Positions 19,498 through 28,667 of a stretch of DNA of 61,201 bases are shown here, piece after piece. Location of the stretch: contig NZ_DATKQC010000198.1 of assembly GCF_035532915.1 (NCBI RefSeq), forward strand, positions 1 to 61,201. The letters run 5' to 3'. Every line of letters begins with the position of its first letter. Positions within the stretch are counted from its first letter, which is position 1. This DNA comes from Edaphobacter sp. Lineage in GTDB: Bacteria > Acidobacteriota > Terriglobia > Terriglobales > Acidobacteriaceae. The position numbers and the translations under genes are program-made. A model generated the notes under the pieces. That model did not search any database. It worked only from the letters and a program-made list of their open reading frames with translations, and was not told the DNA's origin.

Positions 19498-19572
19498 GCG
19501 GGAGTAGCTCAATGGTAGAGTAGCGGCTTCCCAAGCCGTTGGTTGCGGGTTCGATCCCCGTCTCCCGCTCCA
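19498..19572 (+). tRNA. tRNA-Gly (anticodon CCC)
   Basis: GCGGGAG/CTCCCGC acceptor, GCGGC-TTCCCAA-GCCGT anticodon arm, GGTTCGATCC, TCCA end. TATAAT at 19481-19486 upstream. Confidence 0.98.
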
Positions 19573-19612
19573 AAAGTCAACAGCCTGCAAGTTTGAAGAG
19601 ATAAGCGCAAAG

Positions 19613-19645
19613 AAAAACGCATCGCCCATGAGGCCGATGCGTTTT
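19613..19645. terminator. Bidirectional intrinsic terminator between tRNA-Gly and ctpA
   Basis: AAAACGCATCG...CGATGCGTTTT stem with A/T tracts at both ends, between convergent genes. Confidence 0.85.
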
Positions 19646-19677
19646 GTAATTGAGGCGTCGTTTACAGCGGTAGGACG

Positions 19678-21297
19678 TTAGCGGTTGGCCAGCGTTGTCT
19701 TCTCTGCTGCTGCAAGATGGTCTTCCAGCGCCTGAGCCTGGGGCAGGAAGCCGATTGCCTTGGCGATCTGCGGGTCCCAGTCGGCGCGCACCTTCAGCCC
19801 TTCCTGTTCTCCGAACTGCGAGGTGAAAAGTTCGCTCTTCACGCTTTCCTTGATCCAGTCGAGATTGTTGGCGATGTCAGCATCGGTGTAGTCGATGCTC
19901 TGCGCCTTCAGAAAGTCCTTGAAGTCCTTCATCGCAGCATCATCGACCACGAAGTCTTTGCTGACGGTGTGGGTGGCCAGATAGTGCTTGGTGAAGTTAA
20001 AGAAAGCATACTTCTGCAGAAGAGTTCCCTGAAAATCATTCGCCTTCAGTTCAGTGATAGGCTCATCCGGCGTGATTCCGCCGCCGCCATATACGGTGCG
20101 ACCGGAGTCCGTCAGCTTGACCTCGAGGTTGCTCTTGTCTGGCTTTGCCGCATCGTCGCGAACGTAGTAGTAGTCGTAAAGCGAAACACCGTTGTAGTTG
20201 CGTTGAATCAGGCGGCCCGACGGCGTGTAGTAGTGGTAGGTCGTCAGCAGGAGGCCGGTGGCCTGGCTGAGTTGGAAGACGGTCTGGACCAGCCCTTTGC
20301 CGAATGTGGTTTCGCCGACGATCAGGGCGCGGTCGTGATCCTGCAGCGCGCCCGAGACAATCTCCGCCGCGGAGGCAGTATTGCGGTTGACGAGAACGAC
20401 GATGGGATACTTCTTGCCCTCTTCGCCATTGGCGACGCGATAGACCTGATCGGGGAAGGCGCGGCCCTTTTGCGAGACGACGATCTGTCCCTTTTGCAGG
20501 AACTTGTCTGCCATGCCGACAGCCTCGTTCAGCAGTCCGCCGGGGTTGCCGCGCAGGTCGATGACGAGGCCGTTGATGTCCCCGAGCTTGTCCAGCGCAT
20601 CGCCAACCTCGCGGCTGGTCGTTTCCATAAAGCTGGTGACGTGAATGTAGCCGATGCCCGGCCGTATCATGAAGGCGAGATCGACCGACGGGCGGGAAAC
20701 CTCTTCGCGGATCAGGTTGAAGACGATGGGCTTAGGGGTGCCTTCGCGGTCCATTGTGACCGAGACAGAAGTGTTGCGCGGCCCTTTGAGCATGGAGGCG
20801 ACGGCTGCCGAGTCCATGCCAGCGGTGGACTTCCCATCGACGGCTACAATCACGTCGCCTGGGCGGATGCCGGCTTTATAGGAGGGGGTCCCTTCAAAAG
20901 GGGTAAGGACGACGATCTTCAGGCCATTCTTTGCGGTCGGGTCGGGCTGCGGCTGGATCGACATGCCGACGCCGTAGTATTTGCCGTGCTGGTCTTCACG
21001 CATCTGGGCGAAGGCCTTCGGGTCCTGGAAGCTGGAGTGTGGGTCGAGCGTGTGCAGCATCCCCGGGATGGCGCCGTCATAGATCGCTTTATCTACCTTG
21101 TCGGAGTCGAGATGCTCCGCGTAGTTCTGTTCGACCAGGGCATAGACGTCGGTAAAAGAGTGCAGGGAGTCGCGGAGCGTGGACTCGTCCGTCGCCGACT
21201 GGGCATCGACCTTCTGGTTGATGAAGGTCCCGAGCACGGCGCAGCTGGACAGAAAGAGGGTAGCGATAAAGAGTGCGCGACGGGTGCGTGGAGCCAT
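19678..21297 (-). CDS. ctpA: S41 family C-terminal processing peptidase
   Basis: LDPHS, PDZ domain, IDLRGNPGGLL, TASAAEIVSGALQDHDRA, TFGKGLVQ. Confidence 0.92.
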   Translation of the reverse strand: MAPRTRRALFIATLFLSSCAVLGTFINQKVDAQSATDESTLRDSLHSFTDVYALVEQNYAEHLDSDKVDKAIYDGAIPGMLHTLDPHSSFQDPKAFAQMREDQHGKYYGVGMSIQPQPDPTAKNGLKIVVLTPFEGTPSYKAGIRPGDVIVAVDGKSTAGMDSAAVASMLKGPRNTSVSVTMDREGTPKPIVFNLIREEVSRPSVDLAFMIRPGIGYIHVTSFMETTSREVGDALDKLGDINGLVIDLRGNPGGLLNEAVGMADKFLQKGQIVVSQKGRAFPDQVYRVANGEEGKKYPIVVLVNRNTASAAEIVSGALQDHDRALIVGETTFGKGLVQTVFQLSQATGLLLTTYHYYTPSGRLIQRNYNGVSLYDYYYVRDDAAKPDKSNLEVKLTDSGRTVYGGGGITPDEPITELKANDFQGTLLQKYAFFNFTKHYLATHTVSKDFVVDDAAMKDFKDFLKAQSIDYTDADIANNLDWIKESVKSELFTSQFGEQEGLKVRADWDPQIAKAIGFLPQAQALEDHLAAAEKTTLANR

Positions 21298-21562
21298 TTG
21301 CTTGGATTACCTCAAAAAAAAGCGGGAAACAGTGCTCAATATCTACGCAAGGGAATGCGTACTATGGCGCGCCCTCTTTGGACGGAGTATAGCATCGGGG
21401 GGTGAGCGGCCGCTGGCGATAAAGGGGATTCGCTAGATAGGGGCGGGACAGTTAGAATGGTGAGCGGATACCGTCCAATGCTGCGGACAGTCAAACGAAG
21501 CAGTGCTGGCACCCGTGCGATGGCCGTGGCCTCGCGGATGTTAATTGAAGATACGAGTGACG

Positions 21563-23419
21563 ATGACCTTTAGAATTTCGCAGTTTGCGGTGGTGTTGGG
21601 GCTAAGCGTGCTGGCATTGCCGGGTGTGGCGCAAATGCCACGGTATCAGAGTCCTGTAAGCGTACCGGAGACGCCGCAGCCGCAACTGTCGCTGCCGACT
21701 CCGGCTCCCATTACGCCCAACGCCACAGTGGTGGAGGATGTGGTCGCACGCGTGAACGACCAGATCATCAACCGCAGCGATGTCGAACGCGCCCAGCAGG
21801 AGCTTATCCGCGAGGACCAGCAGTCCAATGCCGCTCCTGCGGATGCTGCTCAGCGGCAAAAAGATCTGCTGCGCGACATGATCGACAAGCAGCTGCTGCT
21901 CTCCAAGGCTAAGGAGCTTGGTTTAAACGCCGACGCCGAGGTCATCCGCCGGCTCGATGAGATCCGCAAGCAGAACCACCTCGACTCCATGGAGGCACTT
22001 GAGAAGGCCGCGGCGGCGCAGGGAGTTTCCTTTGAGGACTTCAAAGCGAACATCCGCGACAGCATCCTCACCCAGCAGGTGGTGCGCGACGAAGTAGGCC
22101 GCCGTCTGCAGATGACGCAAGTGCAGGAACAGACCTACTACGACGCCCATAAGCAGGACTTCTCCCAGCCGGAGCAGGTGAGGCTGAGTGAGATCCTGAT
22201 TCCCACGCCAGCCGACGCAAACGACGCGGCTCTGGCGACGGCAAAGGCCAAGGCCGACGAGGTGGAAGCAAAGCTCAAGGCCGGTGCCAAGTTCGATGAA
22301 CTGGCCAAGACCGAGTCCGGCGGATCGACGGCAGCCCAGGGAGGCGATCTCGGAGAGTATAAACGTGGCGGGTTGAAATCGCAGCTGTTGGAAGACCAAA
22401 CCTTCAGCCTTAAGGCAGGACAGGTGACTGCGCCGATCCGGACCCGCCAGGGCTACCTCATCCTGAAGGTCATTGAGCACCAGTACGCTGGCACACCGGC
22501 GTTGAAGGATATCGAGCCGCAGGTTCAGGAAGCCATGTACATGGAGCAGTTGCAGCCTGCGCTTCGTACGTACCTCACAAAGCTGCGTGAAGAGGCATTC
22601 ATCGACATCGCGCCCGGCTTCGTGGACTCCGGCGCCAGCCCCAACGAAAGCAAGCCGGTATTTACTGCCTACGCTCCTCCTGTGGCCAAGAAGAAAAAGG
22701 TTGAGAAGAAGCGGCGCTACGAGACCAGCAACGGCACGGGCCGGTTTGCGGCGCAGGGGAAGCGGTCGGCAGCAGACGCCAAGGTTCCTCTCGCCACTCC
22801 GGCAGCGGCGGTTGCATCCTCGGACAACGGCAAGCACAAAAAGAAGAAGAAGGTTAGGCGCGAGAAGATCCGCTTCGGACAGGCTCCTCGCACCGCATTA
22901 CCCGCCGGACCGGAACAGACGGCAGTCGGCGGCGACGTGGGGGCAGGAGCTGCCTCGGCTTCGGCCATTACGGCCGCGCCTGGGGCCGCGATGACCAACC
23001 TCGAGGAGAGCGCTTCGCAGGCGGCTGATGTCAATCCGCTAACGCCTACGGTTGAAGCGCCCACGAAGAAGACGCGTTTCGCTTCCCGCGAGAAGGTCGT
23101 TCTGGCGGAAAAGAAGGCCGCTCGAAGGAGAAAGGCCAAAGAGAAAGCTGCAGCGACGCCGGAGGCAGAGTCCACTCAGGAGAAGGCAGACCTGAAGGCG
23201 CAGGGCGCCCCTCTCGGCTTGAACGGCGATACGGTCAAGAAGAAGAAAAAGAAGAAGGTGAAGGGAGCCAGGAAGGAACGGTTGGAGAACAAGCCGAAGC
23301 CATCGACAGCGCCTGCACCAGCGCCTGCACCGACGGTGAGCCCTTCGCTTGGAGAAGGCCTCGCGCCTGCCCAGCCAGCTACGCCGGCAACTCCACCCGC
23401 TTCGACACAGCCGAACTAG
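21563..23419 (+). CDS. SurA-like periplasmic chaperone/parvulin PPIase with long Lys/Ala/Pro-rich tail
   Basis: Signal peptide, VVARVNDQII (SurA N-domain), VRLSEILI...FDELAKTES...GGDLG...PIRTRQGYLILKV (rotamase). Confidence 0.88.
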   Translation: MTFRISQFAVVLGLSVLALPGVAQMPRYQSPVSVPETPQPQLSLPTPAPITPNATVVEDVVARVNDQIINRSDVERAQQELIREDQQSNAAPADAAQRQKDLLRDMIDKQLLLSKAKELGLNADAEVIRRLDEIRKQNHLDSMEALEKAAAAQGVSFEDFKANIRDSILTQQVVRDEVGRRLQMTQVQEQTYYDAHKQDFSQPEQVRLSEILIPTPADANDAALATAKAKADEVEAKLKAGAKFDELAKTESGGSTAAQGGDLGEYKRGGLKSQLLEDQTFSLKAGQVTAPIRTRQGYLILKVIEHQYAGTPALKDIEPQVQEAMYMEQLQPALRTYLTKLREEAFIDIAPGFVDSGASPNESKPVFTAYAPPVAKKKKVEKKRRYETSNGTGRFAAQGKRSAADAKVPLATPAAAVASSDNGKHKKKKKVRREKIRFGQAPRTALPAGPEQTAVGGDVGAGAASASAITAAPGAAMTNLEESASQAADVNPLTPTVEAPTKKTRFASREKVVLAEKKAARRRKAKEKAAATPEAESTQEKADLKAQGAPLGLNGDTVKKKKKKKVKGARKERLENKPKPSTAPAPAPAPTVSPSLGEGLAPAQPATPATPPASTQPN

Positions 23420-23436
23420 CTGCAAGCACCGCCTGT

Positions 23437-23470
23437 CAACGACGCGAGAGCCATGGCTCTCGCGTCGTTG
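23437..23470. repeat. Perfect 34-bp palindrome
   Basis: CAACGACGCGAGAGCCATGGCTCTCGCGTCGTTG equals its own reverse complement. No U-tract. Confidence 0.9.
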
Positions 23471-23507
23471 TCTGCGCAGCAGGCATCTCCGCGTTATCCT
23501 GAGGTGC

Positions 23508-24485
23508 ATGAAAGACTTTTTTATTGCCGACGCCGCGAAGTTCGATAACGACAATGTAACCTCCTACTTCGCGCTGTCTTCCTTGTCGGTGCGCGAGAAG
23601 AAGCAGGGCGGCCAGTACCTCGCGCTTACGTTGACCGACAAGACCGGAACCATGGAAGCCCGCATGTGGGACGACATCGCCGATGCGCTGGCAAGCTGCT
23701 CCGAGGGATGCTACGTCAAAGTGCAGGGGCAGGTCAGCAAGTATCAGGGCAAGTTCCAGATCACCCTGCAAAAGATGCGCAATGCCGCCGAGAGCGAGAT
23801 CGACCCCGCCGACTATCTCCCTGCGACCCTCTATAACGTCGATGAGATGTGGGCCGAGCTTCGCGGCTATGTCTCGCAGTTCACCAATCCCGACCTCGAG
23901 CGGCTGGTCTTCGCCTTCCTCGACGACGAGGCGATTGCGTCAGCCTTCCGAACCGCCCCGGCGGCCAAACGCCTGCACCACGCCTGGCTCGGCGGCTTGT
24001 TGGAGCACGTCGTCACCCTGGTGCGCGTCTGCCTCGCCACTGCCCCGTTCTATCCCGAGGTAAATTCCGACCTGCTCGTCACCGGAGCCATCCTGCACGA
24101 CATCGGCAAGACCCGCGAGCTTCACTGGAAGAACAGCTTCGGCTACACGCTCGAAGGCCAACTGATCGGCCACATCAGCATCGCCCAGGGAATGCTGCTG
24201 GAAAAAGTGAAGGAGCTGGCACCATTCCCCGAGAAGCTGCGCGTTCTGGTTGAGCACATGATCCTCAGCCACCACGGCAAGTACGAGTTCGGCTCGCCTA
24301 AGCTGCCCATGACCGCAGAGGCCCTGCTGTTGAATATGCTCGACGACCTCGAAGCCAAGATGCAGGTGCTGCGCAACGAGTTCGCCGCCGCCGAGGCCAG
24401 CGGAAAGTCGGCGGGAGAGATGACGGAGTGGGTCCGCAGCATGGACCGCCCGCTGCTCGACTCCCGCAGCTACCTGAAGGATTGA
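23508..24485 (+). CDS. YhaM/Cbf1-like 3'-5' exoribonuclease (OB fold plus HD domain)
   Basis: YLALTLTDKTG OB fold, APAAKRLHHAWLGGLLEH, ILHDIGK, ILSHHG. Start ATG 23508. Confidence 0.9.
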   Translation: MKDFFIADAAKFDNDNVTSYFALSSLSVREKKQGGQYLALTLTDKTGTMEARMWDDIADALASCSEGCYVKVQGQVSKYQGKFQITLQKMRNAAESEIDPADYLPATLYNVDEMWAELRGYVSQFTNPDLERLVFAFLDDEAIASAFRTAPAAKRLHHAWLGGLLEHVVTLVRVCLATAPFYPEVNSDLLVTGAILHDIGKTRELHWKNSFGYTLEGQLIGHISIAQGMLLEKVKELAPFPEKLRVLVEHMILSHHGKYEFGSPKLPMTAEALLLNMLDDLEAKMQVLRNEFAAAEASGKSAGEMTEWVRSMDRPLLDSRSYLKD

Positions 24486-24572
24486 GTCTGTCCTCTGGCA
24501 TCGAATCCAGCCGAATCGGCATCGAAGGTAGTGTTGCCCGGAATCGGGGAATTGATCATTCGGGAGTAAGTC

Positions 24573-25883
24573 ATGCCGACGGTCACCAGAACTAACGCCC
24601 TCTCTCACAAACTCTATGCTGGACTCACCCATGAGCTCGAGGCCTATCATGGCCCCTCCTTCGAGCTGCGTTTATGGGACGACACCGGCGCAAACTATGG
24701 CGCAGGCAATCCCCGCTTCACCATCACCGTTAAATCGCTCGATGTGTTGAAAGCCCTTCTATGGGATCCTAACGAGATCTCCCTCGGTGACGCCTTCGTC
24801 AAGGGCGATCTCGAGGTCGAAGGCGACATCTTTGCCATGTTCGAGTTCGCCGACTTCGTCTTCAGCCGCGCTCACGGCGTCGAAAGCCCATCCTACGTTC
24901 GCCGCCTGGCCATCTCCGCCGCCAGAGCCTGGCACCATCTCGAATACGCAGTCAGTGATCTCTTCACCCACAGCCTGCGCCGCGACCGGCAGGCGATCTC
25001 CTTCCATTACGACAAGCCGCCCGAGTTCTTCGCTCCCTGGCTCGGGCCGACGATGGTCTACTCCTGCGCCTACTTCTGCCGCAGCTCCGAGACCCTCGAA
25101 GACGCCCAGCAGAACAAGCTCGACCTCATCTGCAGGAAGCTCCGCCTCCAACCCGGCGACCAGATGCTCGACATCGGCTGTGGCTGGGGCAGCCTTATTC
25201 TCCACGCCGTAAAGCACTACGGCGTCCACGCCCTGGGCATCACCCTCAGCGAGCAGCAGTTCGCCTTCGCCCGGCAGCGCATCGCGCAGGAGGGCCTTGC
25301 CGCCCACTGCGAGGTACGCCTCTGCGACTACCGCCAGCTCGACCACGCCGCTCCCTCCTTCGACAAGATCTCCAGCGTAGGCATGTTCGAGCACGTCGGC
25401 TGGCAGAACCTCGGCACCTACTTCGACACCGTCAGGAAGCTGCTAAAGCCGGGCGGAACCTTCCTCAACCACGGCATCGTCTCCTCGCTGGACGAGTACA
25501 AAAAGCACGGGCCATCCTTCATCCGCAAATACGTCTTCCCGGACACTACCCTCGCCACGCTCCCCATCGTCACCACCCAGGCCGAGCACGCTGGCTTCGA
25601 GCTGCGTGACGTCGAGTGCCTCCGCGAGCACTACGAGCGCACCCTCCACGGCTGGGTCGACCGCCTTGAGCGCTGCAAGCGCGACCTGCTCAACTACGTC
25701 GATCCCGAGACCTACCGCGTCTGGCGGCTTTACATGGCGGGCTCCGCCGAGGCCTTCCGCAAGGCGAAGATCAGCGTCTACCAGATCCTGCTCTCCAACC
25801 CCGGCAGCGACGACCATGTTCTACCGTCTACCCGCGAAGACTGGCTGCTGCCGCCACAGGGACAACTCGCCGACGCCCATTAA
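24573..25883 (+). CDS. cfa: Cyclopropane-fatty-acyl-phospholipid synthase family methyltransferase
   Basis: ISFHYD, MVYSCAYF, LDIGCGWG, SVGMFEHVG, FIRKYVFP, HYERTL, WRLYMAGS. Confidence 0.9.
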   Translation: MPTVTRTNALSHKLYAGLTHELEAYHGPSFELRLWDDTGANYGAGNPRFTITVKSLDVLKALLWDPNEISLGDAFVKGDLEVEGDIFAMFEFADFVFSRAHGVESPSYVRRLAISAARAWHHLEYAVSDLFTHSLRRDRQAISFHYDKPPEFFAPWLGPTMVYSCAYFCRSSETLEDAQQNKLDLICRKLRLQPGDQMLDIGCGWGSLILHAVKHYGVHALGITLSEQQFAFARQRIAQEGLAAHCEVRLCDYRQLDHAAPSFDKISSVGMFEHVGWQNLGTYFDTVRKLLKPGGTFLNHGIVSSLDEYKKHGPSFIRKYVFPDTTLATLPIVTTQAEHAGFELRDVECLREHYERTLHGWVDRLERCKRDLLNYVDPETYRVWRLYMAGSAEAFRKAKISVYQILLSNPGSDDHVLPSTREDWLLPPQGQLADAH

Positions 25884-25951
25884 GCGCCTTCACGATTGTT
25901 ACAATTAGACTTGCGGCGTCAGCGTGCCTTCGCGCCGCTTCAGTGAGGGAA

Positions 25952-27124
25952 ATGCTTCGATTTTCGACAGCGGGAGAGAGTCACGGCGAAAGCCTCGTGG
26001 CCATGGTAAGTGGAATGCCGGCCGGCGTTCCCGTCGATCTTGAGTTTGTGAACCGCGAGCTATGGCGTCGCCAGAAGGGATATGGCCGCGGCGGCCGTAT
26101 GCGCATCGAGCGCGACACCGCGCACGTCCTCAGCGGCGTACGCCATGGCAAGACCATCGGCTCGCCCATCGCCATGACCCTGGCCAACAACGACTGGAAG
26201 AACTGGACCGAGATCCTGCCCGTTGAAGAGGGCGATCCCGAAAAGCACAAAGCTGTAGCTTCGCCGCGTCCCGGTCACGCCGATCTCGCCGGTGCCCTCA
26301 AGTACGACTTCAAAGATGCTCGTTATGTTCTTGAGCGCGCGAGCGCCCGCGAAAGCGCCGCCCGCGTCGCTTCGGGAGCCTTTGCCAAGCTCCTGCTCAA
26401 GGAGTTAGGCGTAGGCGTAGCCAGCCACGTCATCCGCGTAGGCAAGGCCGAGCTGTCTCGCCCCGCCACATGGGAGGAGATCGTAGCCCTGCAATCGAAA
26501 GACGAAGTCCTCCTCAACTGCGTCGATCCCGAGAGCGAAGCCGCCATGAAGGTCGAAGTCGATGCCGTCCTCCGCACCGGCGACACTATCGGCGGCGTCT
26601 TCGAGGTCGTCGTCCACGGCCTGCCTCCGGGCGTCGGCACCCACGCCAACTGGGACGAGCGCATGGACGGCCTTCTCGCCCAGGCAGTCATGAGCCTGCA
26701 GGCGGTCAAGGCCGTCGAGATCGGGCGGGGAGTCACCGCAGCCGAATCCCTTGGCTCCGCCGTTCACGACGCCATCGGTTACGAAGGCGAGGGCGGCTTC
26801 ACCAAATTCTCCCGCGAGCAGAACAACGCCGGAGGCATCGAAGGCGGCATCTCCAACGGCGAAGACATCGTAGTGCGCGGCTATCTCAAGCCCATCTCGA
26901 CGCTGCGACGTCCGCTCGGCTCGGTCAGCTTCGAGACCCGCGAGCCAGTCAAGGCAGCCTATGAGCGCAGCGACGTCTGTGTCGTCCCCGCGGCAGGCGT
27001 GGCGGCGGAGGCCATGGTAGCGCTGGCCATCGCGAGGCTTGTGGTAGAAAAGTTTGGCGGCGATTCTCTACGTGAGATGCAGCGCAACTTCAACGGCTAT
27101 TGTGAGCAGATTCGAGAATATTAA
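25952..27124 (+). CDS. aroC: Chorismate synthase
   Basis: MLRFSTAGESHG, PRPGHADL, ERASARE, NNAGGIEGGISNG, RSDVC. Confidence 0.97.
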   Translation: MLRFSTAGESHGESLVAMVSGMPAGVPVDLEFVNRELWRRQKGYGRGGRMRIERDTAHVLSGVRHGKTIGSPIAMTLANNDWKNWTEILPVEEGDPEKHKAVASPRPGHADLAGALKYDFKDARYVLERASARESAARVASGAFAKLLLKELGVGVASHVIRVGKAELSRPATWEEIVALQSKDEVLLNCVDPESEAAMKVEVDAVLRTGDTIGGVFEVVVHGLPPGVGTHANWDERMDGLLAQAVMSLQAVKAVEIGRGVTAAESLGSAVHDAIGYEGEGGFTKFSREQNNAGGIEGGISNGEDIVVRGYLKPISTLRRPLGSVSFETREPVKAAYERSDVCVVPAAGVAAEAMVALAIARLVVEKFGGDSLREMQRNFNGYCEQIREY

Positions 27125-27676
27125 GTGAGCCAATCCGTAAGCAAATCGACGAGTCAAGCAACAGGAAAAATCCACGAAATCGTAAAGTGGCCCGACCCGG
27201 TGCTGGCAAAGCGCGGCGAAGACGTCACTGTGTTCGACGCGAAGCTCAAAAAGCTGGTCGAAGAGATGTTCGAGTCGATGTATGCCGCTCAAGGCATCGG
27301 CCTGGCCGCGCCGCAGATCAATATTTCACAGCGCATCACGGTCATCGATTGCAGCTTCAAAAAGAACCCCGACGAAAAAGTCGTCCTCATCAATCCAGAA
27401 ATCATCGAGCGCAAGGGCAAGCAGGTCGAGGAAGAAGGCTGCCTGAGCCTGCCTGAGATTCGCGAAAAAGTCTCTCGCGCCGCCTGGGTTAAGGTCCGCG
27501 CGCAGGACGTCAACGGAAATCCGATCGAGATGGAGGGCGAAGAACTGCTGGGGCGCGCCATGCAGCATGAGATCGACCACCTCGACGGCGTCCTCTTCAT
27601 CGACCGCCTCAGCCGCCTCAAGCGTGACTTCGTCGTCCGCAAGATCAAGAAACTGCAAAAGAACGGCGAGTGGTAG
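27125..27676 (+). CDS. def: Peptide deformylase
   Basis: GIGLAAPQ, EGCLS, QHEIDHLDG. Confidence 0.97.
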   Translation: MSQSVSKSTSQATGKIHEIVKWPDPVLAKRGEDVTVFDAKLKKLVEEMFESMYAAQGIGLAAPQINISQRITVIDCSFKKNPDEKVVLINPEIIERKGKQVEEEGCLSLPEIREKVSRAAWVKVRAQDVNGNPIEMEGEELLGRAMQHEIDHLDGVLFIDRLSRLKRDFVVRKIKKLQKNGEW

Positions 27677-27731
27677 CTCTCAACCCCTTCCTCGTTGCCA
27701 TCAGTGCTAAGCCTTAAAGGAGAACCAAATT

Positions 27732-28667
27732 TTGAAGCTCGTCTTCTGTGGCACTCCTCAATTCGCTGTCCCTACCCTTGAAGCTGTCCTCGCCGCTGGC
27801 CATGAAGTGGCCCTTGTGGTCACGCAGCCCGACCGCGCCGCAGGCCGAGGCATGGAGACGCAGGTGCCGCCGGTCAAGCGCGTCGCGCTCGAGTATGGCA
27901 TTCCCGTCGCTCAGCCGGAGAAGATCAAGAACAACTTCGAGTTCCGCACCCAGCTTGAAGATATCCGCCCCGAAGCCATCCTCGTCGTTGCCTACGGCCG
28001 CATCATTCCGCAGTGGATGCTCGACCTGCCGCCTTGCGGTTGCATCAACCTGCACGGCTCGCTGCTGCCGAAGTATCGCGGAGCTGCCCCCATTCAATGG
28101 GCCATCGCCAACGGGGAGAACGTCACCGGCGTCACCACCATGCGGCTCGATGCAGGCCTCGATACGGGCGACATGCTTCTGGCCAAGGTCGTCCCCATCG
28201 CGCAGGAAGAGACCGCGGTCGATGTCTACGAGGGCCTGGCTGCCGTTGGAGCCGAGCTGATGGTCGAAACCCTCTGCGGACTTGCCGACAAGTCGCTCTT
28301 CTGTCAGCAGCAGGATCACGCGCTGGCCACGCTTGCTCCTATCCTCACGCGCGACGATGGCCTCATCGACTTTTCTCGCATGGCGCACAATCTCTACGAC
28401 CGCTGGCGCGGCTTCCAGCCCTGGCCGGGAGCGCACACCACTCTGCGCGGCAAAAAGCTGATCGTCCACAGGATGCGCGCGTCGTCTCAAGCCGCCGAAG
28501 GCGAGCCGGGAACGATTGTCGTCGATGGCGATGCCGTGATGGCCCTCTGCGGCAACGGCACGGCCCTTTACCTCGACGAGGTACAGCTCGAAGGGAAGCG
28601 CCGCATGACCGCCGCCGAGTTTCTAAACGGCTATCAGGTCAAGAGTGGCGAACGGCTGGGAATATGA
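27732..28667 (+). CDS. fmt: Methionyl-tRNA formyltransferase
   Basis: FCGTPQFA, VVTQPDR, NLHGSLLPKYRGAAPIQWA, LDTGD. AAGGAG RBS, TTG start. Confidence 0.97.
   Translation: MKLVFCGTPQFAVPTLEAVLAAGHEVALVVTQPDRAAGRGMETQVPPVKRVALEYGIPVAQPEKIKNNFEFRTQLEDIRPEAILVVAYGRIIPQWMLDLPPCGCINLHGSLLPKYRGAAPIQWAIANGENVTGVTTMRLDAGLDTGDMLLAKVVPIAQEETAVDVYEGLAAVGAELMVETLCGLADKSLFCQQQDHALATLAPILTRDDGLIDFSRMAHNLYDRWRGFQPWPGAHTTLRGKKLIVHRMRASSQAAEGEPGTIVVDGDAVMALCGNGTALYLDEVQLEGKRRMTAAEFLNGYQVKSGERLGI

Noticed and set aside
19717-21405. 562-aa plus-strand ORF
   Set aside because: Antisense shadow of ctpA; no motifs, expected from GC-rich codon bias.
28013-28663. N-terminal extension making RsmB 664 aa
   Set aside because: Overlaps fmt in another frame and reads as Arg-rich noise; the real start is ATG 28664.
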